From: Lama guanicoe
Lineage: Eukaryota
Direction of reading: 5' to 3'
Assembly (NCBI GenBank): GCA_013239625.1
Contig: MU054220.1
Location: 1,054,848 to 1,085,782 of the forward strand
DNA: 30,935 nucleotides
Numbering within the stretch: the first letter of the stretch is position 1; the number at the start of each line of letters is the position of its first letter. The position numbers were made by a program, and so were the translations under genes. The notes under the pieces were generated by a model. That model had not been told where the DNA came from and did no database searches. It worked only from the letters and a program-made list of their open reading frames with translations. Of the stretch, positions 23,193 to 30,935 are shown one piece after another.

Positions 23193-24529
23193 AAAGTCCA
23201 AGGACACTGAGGATGCAGTACAGTATTGCCTATAAAGTCAAGGGAGAAACATGATTATAGCAGAACTCATCATAGGGGGAATGTATTACAAGATTTCTTT
23301 TAGCCACAGTGACTTCCCTTCTTCCCTCTTAACCCTTTCTGTTCCAAAATTCTTGTACCAACTCATCCTGGTAACCAGAAAATGTGAGCATGTCTGTTCA
23401 CTTTAATATCACTGGGCACTAGATATCTAACTCATTATGTGAAAGTAATTATTTAATTATCTAAACTTTAATTTGTTTTGTTTCTACTGAAATTGAGCTT
23501 TTGGCAGACACTGATTTTCTGTCAGCTGGAGTGCATATCTGACAATTTTCAGCAGGGCTCCGTACATATGCAGTGGCACTTGAGACCTCCATGAATATTT
23601 AGGATCTCCTGAAATCTCTGCACGTATAGTCCTTACCTTTTGAGTTAAATCTTTCTTCCTGGGCTTTGCAATGAAGTTCGCTACACTTTCTGTTGTGTTT
23701 CCAATAAGTAACATAGGTGGGTGCAAAGCAAACTGAAGTAAGACTGGGAGAAACTGATGTGGTTGCAGCTGGAGACTTGCCCAACTTCTCTATTTCTCTC
23801 CATGTTCATTTACTCCCACTTCATGCCTGTGCTGTGGACAGTATCACATCTAAGAAGTTCAATTACTCTTCCCCCTTTGCTTTAGACATCATACAGACTT
23901 CAGGGCTATGCTTTCCCTGGACTTGGTGAAATCCTTCTAGTTAATGGCTACCAGTCCTTCCGCAGTCTACAGGGATGAGTCAAAGTAAAAAGATTTTTTT
24001 TTTAAGTTTTGTGATCATCAGCGAAAACTCTGACATGGTTATCTGCCTGTTCAGGACACAAAGGAAGGTACAGGAGCAGGGAGAACAGATGCCCTGTCTC
24101 AGCCATCTATAAATCAGAATCTCATCTGGCAGAACATTCCTACTTACCCTTTCTTCTCCTAACTATATTAAGGAAATGCCTATGCCTATATTAGTTCTGA
24201 TTAAACAAAAAACTGTCACTCATCTATTATTACACCAACCATCTATTATTTTCCTGGAAACATAGGCCTTCTTAAAGTAGCTAAATCACCCAACTTGCTG
24301 AAAATCTGATGCCCGATATAAGAATTAAAGGAGAATCTCTGAGTGTCAAAGGAAGAAACAGCCACCAAGATACAAGAAATGCTGGAGAGAAGATTCCTGT
24401 ACTGATCAGGAAACTGCACCCTTTTTCTCTTTCCAAGCTTTGTCGCAAGAAGGCAAATGCAGCTTCTGCGAGTGACGAGGCTGATGGGGACCTTTTCAGA
24501 GAAGAACACTATGGCCAAGAGCACAGACG

Positions 24530-24720
24530 GCAGTAATAGGAGCCAACAGCTGTGTAGAACTTACCCTGTGCCAAGCACTGTCCTAATTGCTTTCGGTAGA
24601 TCAGCTCAGTTTAATCCTCACGTCACCCCCCATGATTACTCAGCCAAGCACCGGAGCTGGGGCTCGCGCCCAGGCAGCCTTGCGATGAGAGTCTGTGGGC
24701 TTCATCATACGAGACTGTCA
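24530..24720 (-). mobile_element. MIR SINE
   Basis: acttaccctgtgccaagcactgtcctaa..tttaatcctcac..gagctggggctcgcgcccaggcag. Confidence 0.7.
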
Positions 24721-24734
24721 CTTAAATTCAGTCG

Positions 24735-24920
24735 GGTTTGAATACTTCCTCTGCCGTTTATTTTCCATGTGATCATGGACAACTTCTCCAAGCCTCAATG
24801 TTCTTAGCTATAAAATGAAAATAAGTACTGTTGCACCCTGAGTTTGCAAAGTGCAGTAAACAAAAACAGTGCATGTCAAGCATTTGCACAGAGGTCCGAT
24901 GTGATAAACATTCAATAAAC
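24735..24920 (+). mobile_element. MIR SINE
   Basis: gtttgaatactt..gtgatcatggacaac..aagcctcaatgttctt..tataaaatgaaaataa..cattcaataaa. Confidence 0.6.
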
Positions 24921-25734
24921 AGAATCTCTGAAGTCACCGTCATCAATGCCAGGAGCAATGAATTCTTCATGTGGCTTAAGGCGCCAAGGACCTAAGAGCA
25001 TGCAGGTATTGCAATGGATATAATTTTATTACAAATATGAAAAATTCCCTAAAACTGATCCCCAAAACAGAACAAAAGAGTAAATGCCATCAATATGAAC
25101 AATAGACAATTTAGTCATACAATGAATTTGTATGCCCCAAAAGAAAACTGTTAAGCTAGTTCATCTCTGTGATTCAAGTTTGTGGGAGTACAAAATAAAT
25201 TATTTGTTAAAAATTCGTAAAAAAAAAAAAAAGGAAGTCTCTTGTTTGAGTTATCCATGAGAAACAAAATTATTTTGTGGAAACAGAACTTTAGTAAAGT
25301 TATCCCGTGGCGTTTTTATTTGAGTTGCATTTTTCTTTTATTTAATTTTTTAAATAGATTATAGAAAACTTACACTGACTGGATCTGAGGACACAAACAG
25401 GTCACCAGGGGTTTTGATTTTGGTTTTGATTTTTTACATCCTAACATCGTGGAATAGTGGACCTGAGAGAGTTCTTAAAGGGTCATCTAGACCAGCTCCA
25501 AACATATCATCCCAAAGTTCGCTGTTTCACGTGATTAAACTCCTGGATGGGGTTAAAATTGTTTTTCTCATTTAGGCAAACTCTCAGACTGAGCAGGTGT
25601 ATTGATTGCAGGAAGGCATCAGAGCTGAAAGTTTCTCAGAATAGTACGAGGTGAGAACTCAAAAGGAAGTCATTCATTTACAAGCAGCTGGGAATTTGCT
25701 CCATTATCCATTTGCTGAAGAACACTACGGCCTT

Positions 25735-25890
25735 TAAAATCATCTTTTCCAATTGTCTTGGTTTTAAAGATGGTGGATTTAAGACTCAGGGAGGTGAGAT
25801 GCAGCTTGGCCAAAGTCGCACTGGTGCCTCATGACGGAGGCACAGAAGGTACCCAGGTCACTCATCGCTCCAGCCTGTGACCTTTCCAAC
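25735..25890 (-). mobile_element. MIR fragment
   Basis: ttttaaagatgg..agactcagggaggtgaga..cttggccaaagtcgcac..acccaggtc. Confidence 0.6.
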
Positions 25891-25936
25891 ATCACGACCA
25901 CCTTCCACTATCTGTTTTCTCTATCTGTGACAAGCC

Positions 25937-25941
25937 AAAAA

Positions 25942-26025
<84 letters not shown>

Positions 26026-26030
26026 AAAAG
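25937..26030 (+). repeat. (AAAG)n tetranucleotide microsatellite, about 21 units
   Basis: Read directly from the sequence; near-perfect array. Confidence 0.98.
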
Positions 26031-26677
26031 TGCTGCTGCAAACATTAGGGAGAAAAGCCCCATAAAAGGTGTAGCTGGCTTGTTAGCTCTGGTCTCTGCT
26101 AAGAAGACTCACCAACAGAGTCTCAGAGGAAGTCTTTCTCTTTCCGCTGAAAAGGGTTGTTTATAAGGTAGGAGTGATAACACAGAGATTATCAGTGCTA
26201 TGTCTCTGAGAGAGACTAATTCTCTGCTCACAGGATCACTTGCTGAAAAAGTTCTGCAGCGAGCTTTTGCCTCATTCTCAGGTTAGAGCAATGGGATGCC
26301 ATCATTTAATTAGTCCCTTTGAATAGAGTTTTGGTCTCACAAGGAAGAGACTTATATTCTGCCTCCCAGAAGTGCCCAGTGCCCTTCTAGGATCTGGAGA
26401 AGGTTCACAAGTTGTCCGGAGGGAAAGGGAGTTAGGATGTTTTCAGAACAGATATTGGAGAGTCAACACCTTTAGGGAAATTGTTGACTGAACAACAGCA
26501 ACAATTAGCAGCATTTATTGAACATCTTCTGTGTTCTAGGCACAAGTCCTTTCACTCCTCTGAAGCTGAGAGGAGAGCATCACTGTCCTTCATCCACACC
26601 TCTCCTCTGTGGTGGGCTGAACGACCAAGGAAACTAGAGTCAGTGTGACTGGATTGAAATTGCACTTCCACCCTTTC

Positions 26678-26805
26678 AGTCATTCAGTAAGGACTTTTTC
26701 ATGCCTATCTAATAAAAGAAAACACTTTGCTAAAAGCCAAGAATATCAGTGTGAATAAGACAGACACGCTCCCTGGCAGCAAGGACTTCATATTCTAACG
26801 GGTAC
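26678..26805 (-). mobile_element. LINE-2 3' fragment
   Basis: cattcagtaa ... cagtgtgaataagacagacacgctccctg..aaggacttcatattcta. Confidence 0.6.
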
Positions 26806-27529
26806 AGTAGTCACTTCCAAAACAAAGCAGGGGCAAAAACAAACAGAATAATTATAAAATCAAAAATATGGAATTGCTGGGTTCATTTTATATTTTTAAT
26901 ATTAATCAATAATGTCAAGGATATACATGTTTAATACTCATTGGTGTATGCAGCAAATTTTCCTCCACAAAATTTGTAACTGTTCACATTTCCAACACTC
27001 TTGCCTGCTCAGCACATGTGTACAGCTGTTCCCCTGGCTGAATGAATCCTATTCTGAGCTTTCTCCAAACCTATTTCCTGAAAGCTTCTGGAAAATAGGG
27101 AAGATTTAGTTCTCTATAAATTCATGCCACCAACTTCAAAAGGCCCATCAACACTGACCAGCAATTCTGCTATATTTCTTTAATCAGCACATTTTCCCAA
27201 TTCTCTTCAAGGACCACGTAAAATCTACACTTTGTTCAAAATTCCCTTCTGCAAATTTTACTCTCTGAAAGTTCTGGGCCATTATTTTTTTACATTTTTT
27301 GAACCACATTCTTTTAACGCAAGAACTCCCTGAGTCCTGAAAAAACTTTGTTAGAACTACACAGCAGTCTATGAGTCTTCCTTTCTTCTTTCTCTGTCTC
27401 ATTTCTGAAAGTCAGACCTGCATCATCCTTGGGGACTCTTCCCACCTTCCCTCACCAGTGTTTTCCCCCATAAATAATTTGCACATCTACTCTATCTTAA
27501 CTTCTGCTTCTCAGAAAACTGGGACTGAT

Positions 27530-28360
27530 ACAGAATATATCTTACAAATCAGTAAGATAAAGACAGACGGCCACATGGGATCTGAAGAGCACTTCAGCAA
27601 AAAAGACATCTAATGACCAGTAAACATATAAAGGGGGGAGTGCTCATCTCTTTAATCATCTGAGAAATATGATCAGAATAATAAAATACTATGGCATTGC
27701 TCCCCCTACAAGGCTAAAATTAAAAGGATGATCAAAACCAAGTGTTTGTTATCAATATGGAGGAATGGTATCTCTCATATACTACTGTTGGAAATGTATA
27801 ATGGTTTTCCAAGTATACACTGGATATGTATAAATATACATGTAACATATGACCCAGAAACTCCACTCTTAGATATAAATCTGAGAGAAAGATGTGCACC
27901 TATTCTTTGGAAGACACATCACTCAGAGTCTTAATAGAACTATTCATGATAGCACAAAACTGGTAACAAACTAAATGTCCACCATCAATAGAATGGATGA
28001 AGATGCTGGTGTATTTATACGGTGGTCTAACATAACAATGAAAATAAGAAAATTATAGATATATATATAACAACATGAATTAATCTCACAGACACAATGC
28101 TGAGCCAAAGAATTCAGACATACTACATGATAGTATTTATTTAAAATTTAAAATAGGTCAACCTAGGGAAGTGTTTTTAGGTGATAAGCGTATGAAACTA
28201 TAAAGAAAAACAAAGAAGTTTTATCATAAAAGTCATGTTAGTGTTGACTTTTAAGGGAAGAGAAAGAGGTGTAATTGCGAAGAGATATGATGGGTCCTGC
28301 ACGAGCTAAAAATCCACTTCTTGAACTGATTTATAGTTATATAGGTGTTCCACTTTATAA
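27530..28360 (+). mobile_element. Old LINE-1 3' region (L1MC/L1ME-type)
   Basis: catatgacccagaaactccactcttagatata, atagcacaaaactggtaacaaactaaatgtcca, catgaattaatctcacagacacaatgctgag. Confidence 0.8.
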
Positions 28361-28364
28361 TTCA

Positions 28365-29200
28365 AAGATTTTTTCCTTTGTCTTGGTTTTTAATTGTTTG
28401 ATTATGATGGGTCTTGGGTCGATTTATTTAAGTTCATCCACTGAGAGATTTGGTGAGCTTCTTGAACCTGTAAGTCTGTCTATTTCACCAAATTTTGAAA
28501 GTTTTCAACCATTGTTCTTTTAACATTTTTCTGAACAACTGTTTCTCCTCTTTCTGAGACTCTGATCACATGAATGTTGTATATTTTGGTTTTGTCTCAT
28601 GAGTCCTTCAGTTTTTTTTAATTTTTTTAATCTTTTTCTCCTCTGTTCTTGTTCAGAATGGATCATCTTTGTTGACCTTTCTTCAAGTTCACTGACTCTT
28701 TCTTTTGTAGTTCCACTGTGCCTTTGAGAGCCCATTCAATGAATTCTTAATTTTGGTTATTGTAGCTTTCAGTTCTCAGTTTTCAACTTTTTTCTTCTTT
28801 ATAATTTCTATTTCTTTTCTGACACTTTCTATCTTTCCATTTGTTTCAGTTGTGCTTGCCCTTACTTATAGGATCACGGTTATAATGGTTGCTTTAAAGT
28901 TTTTGTCTGAAAACTCCAACATCTGCGTCATTGCAGAATTGGCATCTGCTGATTTTTTTTTCACTTGCAGGTTGAGATTTCCTGCTTCTTTATATAATGA
29001 GTAGTGTTGGATTGTATCTGGATATTTTGAATATTATGATACTCTGAATATTTTTAAATCAAGGAGAATATTGAATTTTTAGTTGTAGCAGGCAGTTAAC
29101 CTTGTTAGTTTCAGGTTGCAATTTCCAACCCACATTCTGTGAGCTGTGTTGCCAATGTCAATTCAGTTATCCAATCCTTTGCAGCATTGTTCACACCTGT
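28365..29200 (-). mobile_element. Old LINE-1 ORF1/5' region (may extend to about 29700)
   Basis: ORF 28520-28735, KERVSELEERSTKMIHSEQEQRRKRLKK, resembles the L1 ORF1p coiled coil EERISELEDR...EKRLKK. Confidence 0.75.
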
Positions 29201-29884
29201 ATCACAGGTACGCCCCCAAGTGGCCAGCCTAGGACTTGGATGGTGAGCGCCTCTATACCATTCTGACTTCAGTACGCTGTTTACTTTCAGATCCACGTAT
29301 CTGCAGCTCGGAGGCAAGCCCTGGAATTCATACACTACTTAAGGGGATGACTCTCTTGAACACCCTCCTCTCTTTGATCTCCGTGATGCTTTCTGGCTCT
29401 GAAAACTTGACTTTGGTTTTCTCATTGTTCCACACACTTCCCACTACTAAGTCTGCGTCAGTGGCCAAGATTCAGGACAGAGAAAGAATAAAGCAATGAG
29501 GACTTGTCTCGTGCTCTTGAGATCACATCTGCTATGGTCAAGTAGAAGGATCCTCCTCCTTAAGAGTTTCAGACACAACTGTCGCCCTAGTCACTGCTCC
29601 TCTGCAACAGGATTGACTGAGGTCCAGAACAGGAAGGAACAGGAGAAAAGAAAAAGGAAGAAATCCACACCCTTACCCTCTGGCTTACTTGTCTGACTAA
29701 GAGCGGTTCTCTTGAAGCTCTTTTTGTATGTACCCAGCACACACTTCCTCTGGGAAAGTGCACATCAGAGATTGAAAATAAGGGCATTAATAACAGGAGC
29801 TCACAAGCAGGAAACACGAACAAAATAAAACCATTCAAAGGCAGATCAGCAGATAGTAAAGCACTCTGCATTTCAGCAAGAACA

Positions 29885-30080
29885 GACTTGAAGGCAGAAA
29901 GATCGGGATTTTAAATTCTGTCTCAACCTTGGCTAACTAGATCAACATCTGCAAATCAGATTTCTTCATTTTTAAAAAGAAAACCAAGCCAACTTCTCAT
30001 GAGGACAATATGAGATCTTGCTTATCAATTGGTTAGCTCCATGCCTAATACCAAAGACACCAAAGCATGGCTCAATAAAC
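29885..30080 (+). mobile_element. MIR SINE, degraded
   Basis: ttgaaggcagaaagatcgggattttaaattctg..tcagatttcttcatttttaaaa..ggctcaataaa. Confidence 0.55.
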
Positions 30081-30648
30081 TATACACCATGTATGTGTGT
30101 ATGTGTGCATGTGTGTGTAGTCAGATGCGCACAGTAGTTAGACATTCATTTCAGAATTTCACTCCACGTTTTAGTTTGTGTGTAATCATGCTTGCATCAG
30201 TTTTAGAGTGAATCTGTTCTATATACTTCCATGATTTGCGTTCTGTCATTCCTAATTGTATTCTCTGTGTTCTCAAAGTCTCAAGTCATAGATTCTCTCT
30301 GATTTTAGTGTTGATAGAACTAAGTGCAGCTGACCCATCGGTGCCTATTGTGAGCAATATTCTGGGTGCAGAGTTGGAGGACCAGGTTAGTAACGTTTCA
30401 GCCAGGGGATTCTACTCCTTACAGACTGTCAGTGGGCGATGGCAGCATCTCAGAAAAATGAATTAAATCACTTTCCTGGTTAATAATATGGGACATGGAT
30501 TTTTTAGACATGATTTCAAATATTCGAATCGGTTTGATTCCAAATGGTTTTATGGTTTCTCAGCTTTTGTCGTGACAATAAGGATTCCTACTGAAAATGA
30601 CTGGTTATTGATTTCCCTCCAGAAACTGTATCTTCCTTCCACAATTGC

Positions 30649-30935
30649 TCATTTGTTCAACAGACTTTTCACGGCATTTTTCACCTCTGCATTCCTTAGT
30701 GTATAAATCAGGGGGTTGAACATGGGTGTCAAGATACAATAAAACACAGCCACTATTTTGTCTACGGGCAAAGTAGATGATGGACGCATGTACGTAAATA
30801 CACAGGGAAAACAAAGTGTCATGTTAGGTCCACAGAAGGGCAACTGAAGGACCAGCAGAAGCTGAACCAATGAATGCAGGAAGCCTCCCAGCCAAGCCAT
30901 CCCCACCAGCATGGCACAGAGGTGCCTGGCCTGGT
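30649..30935 (-). pseudogene. Second OR4C3-like pseudogene, 3' part; TM5 to TM6 region deleted; continues beyond the window
   Basis: Translation [26 protein letters not shown] joins [15 protein letters not shown]...[12 protein letters not shown]. It is 225 bp shorter than the paralogue at 22441-22684. A CCTGG duplication sits at 30925-30934. Confidence 0.9.

Noticed and set aside
24530..24920. Adjacent inverted MIRs as a hairpin or miRNA precursor
   Set aside because: The copies are too diverged to see extended pairing by eye, and MIR density makes adjacency unremarkable.
25831..26166. 111-aa ORF with KKER repeats
   Set aside because: It is the translation of the (AAAG)n microsatellite.
1..30935. 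Novel prokaryotic-type system (CRISPR, defence island, operon)
   Set aside because: The window is mammalian OR-cluster DNA. All long ORFs are ORs, and the short ones are TE remnants, shadow ORFs or unsupported.

Overview
AT-rich mammalian genomic DNA from a class II olfactory receptor (OR) cluster, family 4C. A tRNA-Ala-derived SINE of the Vic-1 type suggests a camelid host. There are four single-exon OR coding units: an open OR4C5-like gene (8881-9804, +) with a C-to-R change in the [10 protein letters not shown] motif; an intact OR4C45-like gene (14753-15715, +); an OR4C3-like gene (22289-23192, -) with an N-terminal frameshift; and a second OR4C3-like pseudogene with a net 225-bp internal deletion that runs off the right edge. 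Orthology names come from recalled human proteins and need a BLAST or phylogenetic check. The intergenic DNA holds L1 fragments of several ages, a solo ERV LTR, a hAT MITE, many MIR/L2 relics and microsatellites. I see no evidence of a wholly new biological system. The most interesting items are a perfect 78-bp direct repeat around decayed L1 DNA, a possible leaky-scanning rescue of the frameshifted OR, a TSD-flanked internal L1 fragment, a microhomology deletion with a possible gene-conversion tract, and a twice-occurring 21-bp motif resembling a Helitron 3' end. Boundaries of old repeats are approximate, and subfamily names are by eye.
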